A stretch of DNA of 64,000 nucleotides. Source: Deltaproteobacteria bacterium. GTDB lineage: Bacteria > Desulfobacterota > GWC2-55-46. Of the stretch, positions 1-9,369 are shown piece after piece. The stretch is taken from contig JACRCH010000053.1 in assembly GCA_016219115.1 (NCBI GenBank), forward strand, positions 7,322 through 71,321, read 5' to 3'. The notes under the pieces are model-generated. The model saw only the letters and a program-made list of their open reading frames with translations. It was not told the DNA's origin and made no database searches. The position numbers and the translations under genes are program-made. Numbering within the stretch: the stretch's first letter is position 1; every line of letters starts with the position of its first letter.

Positions 1-51
1 CATCGTTGAAAAATCGTCCACCACGAGTATCTTCATATTCTGGTCTAACAT
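1..51 (-). CDS. response-regulator receiver protein; only the N-terminal 17 codons are present because the gene runs off the window
   Basis: The reverse strand has ATG at 49-51 and then reads MLDQNMKILVVDDFSTM, a typical CheY-type receiver start. AGGAGG (cctcct at 58-63 on +) lies 6 nt upstream. Confidence 0.5.
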   Translation of the reverse strand, partial: MLDQNMKILVVDDFSTM

Positions 52-108
52 CTTAAACCTCCTGTATGCCTGTGTATGCTTTGAGCTTTCCGTTTTCGCC
101 CGTATGCC

Positions 109-471
109 CTATAATAGCTTCTCTATCTCGTACAGAAGCCTTTGCGGCGAGATGGGCTTTGTAAGAAATGTGGACACACCCGCGTCTTTTCCCATCTGCT
201 TGTCCGCATCCCCGGCTTCCGTGGTGACCATGATGATCGGGAGATCCCTGTACGCGTCAACCGACCTGATGTTCCTGGATAGCTCGAAGCCGTCCATCTG
301 AGGCATGTTAAGGTCCGTCAGGACCAGGTCCACCGGGTTTGACGCCATGACTTCCAGGGCCTCTATCCCGTTCGAAGCGCTCATGATCTTGTATCCCCGC
401 TCGCGGACGATATAAGATAAAAGCTTCCGGGTGGTATCGCAGTCATCGACTATCAGTATTTTTTTGTCCAT
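109..471 (-). CDS. cheY: single-domain CheY-like response regulator
   Basis: MDKKILIVDD start, phospho-acceptor context LVLTDLNMPQMDG, and a conserved T (MVTT) and K (LTKP). The tracked ORF extends to 513, but the MDKK start fits the receiver fold. Confidence 0.85.
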   Translation of the reverse strand: MDKKILIVDDCDTTRKLLSYIVRERGYKIMSASNGIEALEVMASNPVDLVLTDLNMPQMDGFELSRNIRSVDAYRDLPIIMVTTEAGDADKQMGKDAGVSTFLTKPISPQRLLYEIEKLL

Positions 472-481
472 AAACGGTCCC

Positions 482-1342
482 TTATACTTTTTGGTAAACC
501 ACCAGGCGCTCAATGCTCACCGGCCTGAAAAGCCTCGTGATGTTATGGAGCGTCTCCGAGAACCCGACGAACAGGTACCCCCCCTTATTGAGGCTGTCAT
601 AAAGGTGACTCACCGCCTTCTTCTTGGAGGCGTCGTCAAAGTAAATAAGCACGTTCCTGCAGAATATTATGTCCATTCCCTTGATCATCCTTGTTTCGAG
701 TGAGTCTACAAGGTTCAGTTTTTTGTACTTGACGACCTCCTGCACCTTTTTGTGCACCGTGAAGGTGTCTCCGTTACCGACGAAGTATTTTTTCAGGTAC
801 TGCTCCGGCGTGTTCCTGAGCGAGTATTTTTCGTATGTCGCGGCATTGGCGGACCTCAAGACTGTGTCGCTTATGTCGGTCCCGAGGACCTCCAGAGTCC
901 AGCCCCTGGTCTGCAGTCCGTCTTCCATGAGCATCATGGCCAGCGTGTAGGGCTCCTCCCCGGTCGACGAAGCCGCGCTCCAGAGCTTGAGGAGCTTGTT
1001 CCCGCCTTTTTGCGTCTTCTCATCGAGCACCTTAGGTACGACCCCCTTCTGGAACGCCTCGAGCTGGGGCATGTCCCTGAAAAAGCTCGTTTCGTTGGTG
1101 ACTATCGAGTTAAGGACGTTCACCATCTCCCTGTCCTTGTCCTTGTCATAGGTCAGGTAGTAGTAGTAATCCTCGAACGACTTGAGGTTTTTCTCATCAA
1201 TCCTTCTCGCAAGGCGGGTCTCCAGCAGGTACTTCTTCGTATCCGCGAAAAAAATGCCGCACTTCGCGTATATGATGTCTCTGATCTGGCAAAACGTCTC
1301 TTGAGAGAGTTTGGGTTTGCTGTTTATTCCGAGCGTCAGCAT
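482..1342 (-). CDS. cheR: chemotaxis protein methyltransferase CheR
   Basis: N-terminal helical domain plus a SAM-MTase core (TSFFRD, LWSAASSTGEEPYTLAM, IFCRNVLIYFD). Confidence 0.9.
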   Translation of the reverse strand: MLTLGINSKPKLSQETFCQIRDIIYAKCGIFFADTKKYLLETRLARRIDEKNLKSFEDYYYYLTYDKDKDREMVNVLNSIVTNETSFFRDMPQLEAFQKGVVPKVLDEKTQKGGNKLLKLWSAASSTGEEPYTLAMMLMEDGLQTRGWTLEVLGTDISDTVLRSANAATYEKYSLRNTPEQYLKKYFVGNGDTFTVHKKVQEVVKYKKLNLVDSLETRMIKGMDIIFCRNVLIYFDDASKKKAVSHLYDSLNKGGYLFVGFSETLHNITRLFRPVSIERLVVYQKV

Positions 1343-3255
1343 TTCAATGCACCCAGTGCGTTTTCAACTGCTCCCCTGACGGTGTGGTCCGGATAATCGA
1401 TGAACTGCTCAAGGACGCTGACGGCCTTGGAGCTTCCGAACCTCTCCAGGGCCCTGGCGGCAACCGCCTTTACAGGGGCCTCGTCCTTCCGCAAAGCGTT
1501 TATGACGGCGTCCTCAGTGTCGCTTTCGCACATCTCCCCCAGCAGGATGACAGAGTGGTATCTTACCCATATGTTTTTGTCTTTGAGGGCGTTCAAAAGC
1601 GCCTTTTTTATCTTCTCGCCGCTCCAGCCGCCAAGGGCCTTCAGGACCGAAAGCTTGACGTCGTCATTGGCATCGTTAAGACCGTTTATTATCACATCCA
1701 CGGATTCGGGTATCCCGATCCTCGCCATAGACTTGTATGAGACCTTTCTGACATCCGGGCTCTCGTCGGCGGCGGCCTTCGCCAGAAACATCAGTGACTC
1801 CTCATCTCCGATGAGGCCGAGCCCTCTGGCGCCCATCTCCCTCAATATCTCCTTTTTCTCGGAAAGGAGCCCGCAGAAGCCGTTTTTGACGGCCTCCGAC
1901 GGCAGAGTGGCGAGCACGTCCGTGATCTCCTCCATGACGTCCCTGTAAGGCTCCGCCCTGAGGGCGTCGAAGAGCTTTCCAACCGCGTCAAACCCGGCGA
2001 TGGAGCCGAGCGCGCGCGCCGAGGTCTTCCGTGTATGACCGTCCGAGCTCCTGAGCGACTGGAAGAGCACGGCGACGGAGTCAGGAGAGCCTATTGCCGC
2101 AAGCGCGGCGATCACTTCCCGTAACTCGTGCTTGGCGGCCTTCGCTATAAGCGACTCAAGTACCGGGACGGCGTCGACGGAGCGCATCTCCCCGAGGGCC
2201 TTCACGATGACCTTGAGGCTTTTGCCGGCTTTTTCAAGCTCCTCTTTCAGGGCGGCAGGGAAATGTCCGTACCCGGCTATGGAGACTATCGTATTGACGA
2301 GTATCTGCTCGGTATCCTCGTCTATCTCGTTTAAAGAGTTGGCGAACCTGAATACTACCGCCAGCCCTTCTGTGACATTAAGGAGGCTCAGTCCCCTTAA
2401 TGCCTTGAGGCGGGCCGATTTGTCCGGGTCGTCCATGAACCTGCGGAAAAAATTGAAATAATCTTTCTTGAACTCTTCGGAGGGAGCGAAGTCGGTACCC
2501 GGTGTTGAGGCCTTTTCCACGAGCTCGACTACGGAGAAGACGTTCATGACGAGCCCTTTTTTGACCATCGGCGCCAGTTTTGCAAGAATCCCGGCGGCTT
2601 CGCCCGGTGAGGCTATTTTACCGAGGGCCTCGATAGCCGCCTCCTTCGTAGGGCCGGAATCCCTTTCAACAATGTACAGTAAAGGGGCGAGCGCCCTGCT
2701 GTCCTGCATGAGGCCAAGGCCCTCTATGGCGGAAAACCTGACCCACTCCTCTTCGTCATTAAGCGCTTTGAGGAGGACAGGAACGGTCGAGGCCGCCTTT
2801 ATCCTCCCGAGGCAGACGACTACAGAGGCCCTGACGTTAGGGTTCTTGTGATCGATAAGGCTTGAGAGGAAACCAACGGCGTTCTCCTCTTTCCTGTTTG
2901 CCAGTATGTCTACCGCGAATTTGACGACATCGTCGTCCTTGTCGTTCAATAATAATATGATCGTCGTAAAAGCGTCGGGGCCCAAAAGCTCCAGTATCTC
3001 TATCCCTACATTCCTTAAGGAGGCGTCATCAAGACGCAGCAGCGGTGACACGCCTTCCGCCACCGCCTTGCCGCCGATGGCAGTAAGCGCGTTTATGGCC
3101 GCTTCCCTTACCCCCGGGTGCGCGTCTTTGAGCACCTCCACCAGGTCGGGGATGAGCTCGTGCACGCGCCCTTCGGAGACGGCCTCGCACGCATCCCTTC
3201 TAACGTATGGGTCCGGGTCCCTTAGCATCTTTTTGACAGAGTCGAGATTATCCAT
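1336..3255 (-). CDS. HEAT-repeat (PBS-lyase-type) protein, 639 aa
   Basis: More than 12 repeats of the xPxVRxxAxxALGxIG type (DPYVRRDACEAV, HPGVREAAINALTAIG, NPNVRASVVVCLGRI, EEWVRFSAIEGLG, SPDVRKVSYKSMARIG, DHTVRGAVENALGAL). Its stop overlaps the cheR start by 7 nt. Confidence 0.75.
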   Translation of the reverse strand: MDNLDSVKKMLRDPDPYVRRDACEAVSEGRVHELIPDLVEVLKDAHPGVREAAINALTAIGGKAVAEGVSPLLRLDDASLRNVGIEILELLGPDAFTTIILLLNDKDDDVVKFAVDILANRKEENAVGFLSSLIDHKNPNVRASVVVCLGRIKAASTVPVLLKALNDEEEWVRFSAIEGLGLMQDSRALAPLLYIVERDSGPTKEAAIEALGKIASPGEAAGILAKLAPMVKKGLVMNVFSVVELVEKASTPGTDFAPSEEFKKDYFNFFRRFMDDPDKSARLKALRGLSLLNVTEGLAVVFRFANSLNEIDEDTEQILVNTIVSIAGYGHFPAALKEELEKAGKSLKVIVKALGEMRSVDAVPVLESLIAKAAKHELREVIAALAAIGSPDSVAVLFQSLRSSDGHTRKTSARALGSIAGFDAVGKLFDALRAEPYRDVMEEITDVLATLPSEAVKNGFCGLLSEKKEILREMGARGLGLIGDEESLMFLAKAAADESPDVRKVSYKSMARIGIPESVDVIINGLNDANDDVKLSVLKALGGWSGEKIKKALLNALKDKNIWVRYHSVILLGEMCESDTEDAVINALRKDEAPVKAVAARALERFGSSKAVSVLEQFIDYPDHTVRGAVENALGALKC

Positions 3256-3271
3256 AACGCCCCTTCCTTAT

Positions 3272-3298
3272 TTATCGGGTAAGGATTAAGTTACTTTA
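3272..3298 (-). promoter_or_regulatory. sigma-28 (FliA)-type promoter upstream of the HEAT-cheR-cheY operon
   Basis: The reverse strand reads TAAA-gtaacttaatcctta(15 nt)-CCCGATAA, against the consensus TAAA-N15-GCCGATAA. It ends 17 nt before the ATG at 3255. Confidence 0.65.
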
Positions 3299-3337
3299 AT
3301 ATTTTGTATGCTGGCTCCGTTGACGCTCGGCGCATTT

Positions 3338-4078
3338 TTACACGCCAACGCACCTCTTGAGCTTGGCCTTGAGCCTGTGCATCGTCTGGCTGTGGAGCTG
3401 GCATACCCTCGACTCCGTGATATTCAGGACCTTTCCTATCTCCTTCAAGGTAAGCTCTTCGTAGTAATATAGCGATATTATAAGCTTTTCCTTCTCCGGC
3501 AGCGTCTCCACGGCCTCGGCGATCTTTCTTTTAAGCTCGTTGAACTTGACTATGGTCATGGGGTCTTTGCCTTCCGGGTCCTTGATGCACTCAAGGATGT
3601 CCATCCCTTCGTCATGATGCCCTATTCCCATGTCATCGAGGTTAAGCACGCTGAGGGCGCTCACCTGGCTTAAGATCGTATAGAGGCTGTCAGTCGTGAT
3701 CTCCAGGAATTTGGCGACCTCCTCTATCTCGGCCGGCCTTCCGGTCCTCCTTTCGATCTCGCCGTAGGCCTTCTCCAGCTGGTTGGATTTGTCCCTCATG
3801 GAGCGGGTCATCCAGTCCATGCTCCTCAGTTCATCCATGATCGACCCCCTCACCCTTATGGAGGCGTAGGTGTTGAACTGAACGCCTTTGCCGGGGTCGA
3901 ACCTGTCGATTGCCTCTATGAGCCCGATGGTGCCGGCCCCGATGAGGTCGTTTACGTCTATGTGCGGCGGCAGGTTCACGGCTACCTGGTACGCGATGAT
4001 CTTGACCAGGTAGAGGTTGTCCACCAGAAGCTTGTCTCTTGACCCTTTGTCGGGTCCCGTCAATTTTGTAGTAAGCAT
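3338..4078 (-). CDS. fliA: flagellar sigma factor FliA (sigma-28)
   Basis: Sigma-70 region 2 (NLYLVKIIAYQV, GLIEAIDRFD) and region 4 HTH (LTLKEIGKVLNITESRVCQLH). It sits after flhFG. Confidence 0.9.
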   Translation of the reverse strand: MLTTKLTGPDKGSRDKLLVDNLYLVKIIAYQVAVNLPPHIDVNDLIGAGTIGLIEAIDRFDPGKGVQFNTYASIRVRGSIMDELRSMDWMTRSMRDKSNQLEKAYGEIERRTGRPAEIEEVAKFLEITTDSLYTILSQVSALSVLNLDDMGIGHHDEGMDILECIKDPEGKDPMTIVKFNELKRKIAEAVETLPEKEKLIISLYYYEELTLKEIGKVLNITESRVCQLHSQTMHRLKAKLKRCVGV

Positions 4079-4118
4079 TTTCCCCCGTCCTATTCCGGAC
4101 CTGTTCAGACTGACTGCG

Positions 4119-4988
4119 CTAAACGGTCCTGTTTAGAATCTGTCTCCAAAAAAACTGCATTCCGCCCTTTAGCCCCGCCCTGGCGGGCAGGTCGCTTATC
4201 TCTTTCGCGATCTCTCTGTAGCAGACGCTCGCCCTGGAGTCCGGATAGACCTCCATGACGGCCTGCTGCCTCACAACCGCCTTCGGCACGTTCTCGTCGT
4301 AAAGGACGCAGCCGATGAAGTCCACGGAGACGCTGAGGAACCTTTCGGCGGCGAGGCTTATCTTCCTGTAGACCTCGACGGCTTCTTTTTTCGACTTCAC
4401 CTGGTTGACGAGGAGCTTGAAGGTCCTCTCGCCGTGTTTCCGGAGAAGCACCTTCATCAGGGCGTAGGCGTCTGTTATCGAAGTCGGCTCCGGCGTGACG
4501 ACGACGACTATCTCCTGGGCGGCGATGTTGAAAAAGAGGACATTGCTCGATATCCCGGCCCCGGTGTCGATGATCATCAGGTCGAACTCGGCGCCCATGT
4601 TCTCGAGATGCGAAGCAAGCGCCAGCCTCTCCTCGGTTGAAAGGTCCGTAAGCTCCGTTACCCCGGAGCTGGCCGGAAGTATCATTATCCCGGACGGCCC
4701 TTTTACCATCACCTCTTCCATCGTCCTCTCATTCCTCAGCAGGTGACCGAGGTTGTACCTGGGGGCTAGCCCCAGGAGCACATCGAGGTTTCCGAGCCCC
4801 AGGTCGGCGTCAAGCAGAAGCACCCTTTTGCCCATCTCGGCGAAGGCCACGGCGAGGTTCACGACCGAGTTGGTCTTGCCCACTCCGCCCTTCCCGCTGC
4901 TCACCGCGATCACCCTGGTCCGCACTCCCCTCTCCATACACTCCCCGTCGCCTTGCGCGATACTTCTTAGCGTTACCGCCTGATCCAT
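4119..4988 (-). CDS. flhG: MinD/ParA-type ATPase FlhG (YlxH), a flagellar number regulator
   Basis: Deviant Walker A SGKGGVGKT, and a position directly after flhF. Confidence 0.9.
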   Translation of the reverse strand: MDQAVTLRSIAQGDGECMERGVRTRVIAVSSGKGGVGKTNSVVNLAVAFAEMGKRVLLLDADLGLGNLDVLLGLAPRYNLGHLLRNERTMEEVMVKGPSGIMILPASSGVTELTDLSTEERLALASHLENMGAEFDLMIIDTGAGISSNVLFFNIAAQEIVVVVTPEPTSITDAYALMKVLLRKHGERTFKLLVNQVKSKKEAVEVYRKISLAAERFLSVSVDFIGCVLYDENVPKAVVRQQAVMEVYPDSRASVCYREIAKEISDLPARAGLKGGMQFFWRQILNRTV

Positions 4989-4999
4989 GAGGCTTCTCC

Positions 5000-6148
5000 T
5001 TAATTCGGCATGAAGAAATTTAAAAGTCTTTCTTTTGTAGCGATCTCGATATCTTCGGGCACCCTCTGTCCGCAGGTCAAAAACGCCACGGGACGGGCCG
5101 CAAGAATGGCCGTGTTTATGACCGGGCCGTAGACGGACCCCTCGTCAAGCTTGGTGAAGGTCAGGGAATCTATGGGGGTCCTGCCGTACCCCATGACCGA
5201 CTCGTAGAGAGAGTCGTCTCTTGTCTGAGCGCTCAGGACGAGGTTGAACCTGATATCCGGGCTTATGCCGGCGATATCGTCAAGCTCCTTCATCTGCACG
5301 GGACTCTTTGCGCTCCTTCCGGCAGTGTCTACGAAGATGTTGTCCTTGTCCCTGTGCACGCCTATGTACGAGGCAAGCTCTTTTGCGGTCCTGGCGACTT
5401 CAACCGGGACGCCTATAATCTTTCCGTAGACCTTCATCTGCTCGGCGGCCCCTATCCTGTAGGTGTCCATCGTGATGAGCGCCACCTTCTTCTTCCTTTT
5501 GAGCGCCTGCATCGCCGCCAGCTTCGCCACGGTAGTGGACTTTCCGACCCCGGCGGGACCGACGAAAGTGATGACCCCCTTTGCCGAGAGCGGGTCCTTT
5601 ACGCCTATCTTCTCAGAGACCCTGTTTCTCATGTAGGCCTTCAGCTGCCCGATGTCCGCGGCCCCTGCTCCGGAGACGGACTTAAAGGCGTTCATGAGGA
5701 CCTTCTGAGCCAGCCGCCTGTCTATGCCGTTATTGGCGAACTCCTCTTCAAGCCTTGTGTATATCTCGGTGGCCGGTATCTTTGACTGCGTGATGAGAAG
5801 CTTCCAGAACTCCTTGAGGTCCTTAAGTTCCTTCAGCTCCTTTTTAAAGGGAACGGCGATCTCTTCCTGCGCGCAGGCGTTCTTCGGATCGGAAAGCTTT
5901 GTGTACCCGGACGCGTTCCGGCCCGAAGGAGCCGGACGGCCCGGGCCATTTCCACCGCCGCCGTAATTGCCGTCGGCGAGGTTAAGGTCTATGGGTCTCG
6001 TCAGGTCATAATCCACCGCGGCGACTACCTCGTAGAGCCCGGTTGCGAGCCTCTTGGTCGAGAGTATCAGGGAGTCGTCCCCGAGCTCTGCCTTTATCGA
6101 GCGCATCGCCTCTTTTACTGATGAGCCTGTGAACTTTTTGATATGCAT
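5000..6148 (-). CDS. flhF: SRP-like GTPase FlhF
   Basis: G1 GPAGVGKSTT, G3 DTAGR and a TKLDE motif, with a Gly/Pro-rich N-terminal linker. Confidence 0.9.
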   Translation of the reverse strand: MHIKKFTGSSVKEAMRSIKAELGDDSLILSTKRLATGLYEVVAAVDYDLTRPIDLNLADGNYGGGGNGPGRPAPSGRNASGYTKLSDPKNACAQEEIAVPFKKELKELKDLKEFWKLLITQSKIPATEIYTRLEEEFANNGIDRRLAQKVLMNAFKSVSGAGAADIGQLKAYMRNRVSEKIGVKDPLSAKGVITFVGPAGVGKSTTVAKLAAMQALKRKKKVALITMDTYRIGAAEQMKVYGKIIGVPVEVARTAKELASYIGVHRDKDNIFVDTAGRSAKSPVQMKELDDIAGISPDIRFNLVLSAQTRDDSLYESVMGYGRTPIDSLTFTKLDEGSVYGPVINTAILAARPVAFLTCGQRVPEDIEIATKERLLNFFMPN

Positions 6149-6149
6149 T

Positions 6150-8228
6150 CTATAACCTCACCACTTTCAGGGTCTGCACTTTCACGTTGTTTGAAACCTC
6201 ATTGTGAGAGATCACGGGGACCGTCGGGAAACTGCGCTCGGTAAGCTTTCTTACGAACCTCCTGGTCTGGTGCGATACCAGAAGCACCGGCTGGTGTCCG
6301 CGCGAGATCACCTCTTCGACCGTCTCCTTGATCTTTGAGAGTATCCGCTGGGCTAGATTCGGCTCGATGCTCAGGAACGACCCCTGCGGTGTCTCATGGA
6401 CGGACTTCGAGATGGCTTCCTCTATCTCCTGGTTCAACGCCACGACCTGAATGACCGAATCAGCGCCCTGGTGCGTCTTTGATATCTGCCTGGCGAGGTT
6501 CATCCTCACGTACTCGGTCAGGAGGTCCGTGTCCTTTGTGACCGGAGCGTAATCGGCCAAAGTCTCAAGTATCGTCTGGATGTCCCTTATCGATACCCGC
6601 TCCTTAAGAAGGTTTTGAAGGACCTTCTGCACGCCGCCGAGGCTCAGTAACCCCGGCACAAGCTCTTCAACGACTTTCGGGTGGCTTTTGGAGACCTTAT
6701 CGAGGAGGTTCTGGGCCTCCTGGCGGCCGAGTATCTCGAAGGCGTGAGACTTTATTACCTCTGTTATGTGCGTGGCCACTATGGCCGAGTGGTTCACCAC
6801 CGTGTAGCCCATCATCTGCGCCTTCTCCTGCATCGAGTCAGGCACCCATATCGAGGGCAGTCCGAAGGCCGGGTCAACCGTCGATATGCCTTCAAGGCCT
6901 TCCTGCGCGTTACCCGGATCTATGGCGAGCGAATGTCCGGCCAGAAGCTCTCCCCTCGCCACCTCTATCCCCTTTACCAGGAAGACATACTCGGAAGGCT
7001 TTACCTGGAGGTTGTCCTTTATGTGTACCGAGGGCACGATGACGCCCATGTCCTCGGCGAACTGCTTTCTTATGGCCTTAATCCTCTCAAGGAGCTCCCC
7101 GCCCTCGGAGGAGTCTACCAGCGGGATCAGCCTGTAGCCGACCTCAAGGCCGAGGGTATCGATAAGCGGGATGTCGTCGAGGGACTCTTTCTTTGCCTGC
7201 GGCTTTGCGGCCTTCTCGGCGGCCGCTTCTTCCTCGGCTTCCTTGGCCTGAGCGGTCTTGTAGACGAGATACCCGATACCGCCTATTATTATCGAGAGTA
7301 TGAGGAAAGCCATATGCGGCAGGCCCGGGATGATGCCGAAAAGAAGGAGTATGGCTGAGGCGATGAGCATCGGCTTGGGCTGTATGAGGAACTGATTACC
7401 GATGCTCTCGCTCAATCCCGTCTCGGTATTTACGTTCGATACCACAAGACCGGCTGCCGTGGAGATGACAAGGGCCGGTATCTGGGCCACGAGGCCGTCA
7501 CCGACGGTAAGAAGCGTATATACCCTGGCGGCGTCGCCGATCGGCATGCCCTGCTGCACTACTCCGATAATGAGCCCGCCTATGATGTTTATAACGGTTA
7601 TGAGGATGCCTGCAATGGCGTCTCCCCTTACGAACTTGCTGGCGCCGTCCATCGCCCCGTAAAAATCGGCCTCCATGGCGACACCTTTTCTTCTCTTGCG
7701 GGCCTCCTCGTCGCCTATGAGTCCGGCGTTGAGGTCCGCGTCGATGGCCATCTGTTTGCCGGGCATGGCGTCGAGAGTGAACCTTGCGGCCACCTCGGCG
7801 ATCCTGCCGGCGCCCTTTGTGATGACGGCGAAGTTTATTATGACGAGGATGGCGAATACGACGAAGCCGACGGCGTAGTTCCCTCCGACGACGAAGTTAC
7901 CGAAAGACTTTATGACCTGGCCGGCGGCCGAGGGTCCCTCGGAGCCGTGTAGCAGGATAAGCCTTGTGGAGGCTACGTTCAGGGAGAGCCTGAAGAGCGT
8001 CGTAACCAAGAGCAGGGTCGGGAAGGTCGAAAAGTCCAGCGGCTTATTGATGTAGACCGCTACAAGGAGTATTATGATCGCTATCGTTATGTTGAAGGTC
8101 AGCAAAAGGTCGAGTATAAGCGCCGGCACCGGGAGTATCATCACGATGAGTATCCCGACTATGCCCACCGGCAGCAAGAACTCAGAGCCCTTTTTCATCT
8201 TCGTCAGATTCTCTATCAAGCCCGCCAT
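6150..8228 (-). CDS. flhA: flagellar export apparatus protein FlhA
   Basis: 692 aa with a multi-TM N-terminus, the FHIPEP-family core (LTVGDGLVAQIPALVISTAAG) and a cytoplasmic C-terminal domain. Confidence 0.95.
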   Translation of the reverse strand: MAGLIENLTKMKKGSEFLLPVGIVGILIVMILPVPALILDLLLTFNITIAIIILLVAVYINKPLDFSTFPTLLLVTTLFRLSLNVASTRLILLHGSEGPSAAGQVIKSFGNFVVGGNYAVGFVVFAILVIINFAVITKGAGRIAEVAARFTLDAMPGKQMAIDADLNAGLIGDEEARKRRKGVAMEADFYGAMDGASKFVRGDAIAGILITVINIIGGLIIGVVQQGMPIGDAARVYTLLTVGDGLVAQIPALVISTAAGLVVSNVNTETGLSESIGNQFLIQPKPMLIASAILLLFGIIPGLPHMAFLILSIIIGGIGYLVYKTAQAKEAEEEAAAEKAAKPQAKKESLDDIPLIDTLGLEVGYRLIPLVDSSEGGELLERIKAIRKQFAEDMGVIVPSVHIKDNLQVKPSEYVFLVKGIEVARGELLAGHSLAIDPGNAQEGLEGISTVDPAFGLPSIWVPDSMQEKAQMMGYTVVNHSAIVATHITEVIKSHAFEILGRQEAQNLLDKVSKSHPKVVEELVPGLLSLGGVQKVLQNLLKERVSIRDIQTILETLADYAPVTKDTDLLTEYVRMNLARQISKTHQGADSVIQVVALNQEIEEAISKSVHETPQGSFLSIEPNLAQRILSKIKETVEEVISRGHQPVLLVSHQTRRFVRKLTERSFPTVPVISHNEVSNNVKVQTLKVVRL

Positions 8229-8262
8229 CTCATAAACCCCGTTCCCGGTATTTCCGGTTGAT

Positions 8263-8295
8263 TGTTGAAAAAGCCATGGATGGACTTTTTCAACA
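8263..8295 (-). other. 11-bp stem hairpin in the 72-nt flhB-flhA spacer
   Basis: TGTTGAAAAAG-ccatggatgga-CTTTTTCAACA. No U-tract follows on the transcribed (minus) strand. Confidence 0.5.
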
Positions 8296-8300
8296 CCCTG

Positions 8301-9368
8301 TTAGTTAGCCCTTGCTCCCGTTTTCAGCCTGTATACGTAAGCGAGTATCTCGGCGACGGCCTTATACAGGCTCACGGGTATCTCTTTGCCTATCTCCACG
8401 CCCTTGAACAATGTCCTTGCCAGCGGCTTGTTCTCCACTACGGGGACCCTGTGCTTCCTGGCGACCTCCCTTATCTTCTCCGCTATCAGGTCGGCGCCCT
8501 TGGCAACGACTATCGGGGCGTCACCCCTGCTCTTGTCGTATTTCAAAGCCACGGCCAGGTGGGTCGGGTTGGTCACGACGACATCGGCGGTGGGGACATC
8601 CTGCATCATCCTCTTTCTGGCCATCTCCCTCTGTATCGACTTTATCCTTGCCTTTACGTTGGGGTCTCCCTCCATCTCCTTCATTTCCTCTTTGACCTCT
8701 TCCTTGGTCATCCTGAGGCCCTTTTCGAAGTTCCACCTCTGGAACGCGTAGTCGATCATGGCGATGAGGAGAAGCACCCAGACGGTCTTTGTCATTATCG
8801 TGAAGGAGACCTTCGCGATGTACGTGAGCGAACCGATGGTCTCCATCTCCATCAGGAAGGGCATGGTCGACCATTCTTTGGCAACGTTAACGTAAACCAC
8901 ATAGGTCAGGATGCTTATCTTGAGGATGGACTTCACCAGCTCCACTACGGCGTTGATGGAAAAAAGCTTCTTCACGCCGGATACCGGGTTTATCTTCTTG
9001 AAGTCCGGCGTGATGGGCTTACCGCTCAGGGAAAAGCCGTTCTGGATGATGTATGAGACGGCACCGAAGACCGGGATCAGGAGGACCGGGACCATGATGA
9101 GAAAGAACTTGAAGGTGATATGGCCGAAAAGTCCGCTTACGTCCTTGACCGTCAGCTCCCTGCTGAAGATCCTTGACAGAGACTGCTGCATGAACTCGGC
9201 GGCGCCGGTGACGATCCAGACGCCGCAGAAATAAAGCACTACCAGGCTCCCGATTATGACGAAAAGGGTTGAGAGCTCCCTGGAGACGGCGAAGTTGCCG
9301 TCCTGCCTCGCCAACTCCCTTCTTCGCGAGGTAGGTTGTTCTGTTTTGTCCTGTTCCTGGTCTGACAT
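8301..9368 (-). CDS. flhB: flagellar export switch protein FlhB
   Basis: QDKTEQPT N-terminus, four TM segments and the NPTH autocleavage site (VVVTNPTHLAVAL). Confidence 0.95.
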   Translation of the reverse strand: MSDQEQDKTEQPTSRRRELARQDGNFAVSRELSTLFVIIGSLVVLYFCGVWIVTGAAEFMQQSLSRIFSRELTVKDVSGLFGHITFKFFLIMVPVLLIPVFGAVSYIIQNGFSLSGKPITPDFKKINPVSGVKKLFSINAVVELVKSILKISILTYVVYVNVAKEWSTMPFLMEMETIGSLTYIAKVSFTIMTKTVWVLLLIAMIDYAFQRWNFEKGLRMTKEEVKEEMKEMEGDPNVKARIKSIQREMARKRMMQDVPTADVVVTNPTHLAVALKYDKSRGDAPIVVAKGADLIAEKIREVARKHRVPVVENKPLARTLFKGVEIGKEIPVSLYKAVAEILAYVYRLKTGARAN

Positions 9369-9369
9369 C

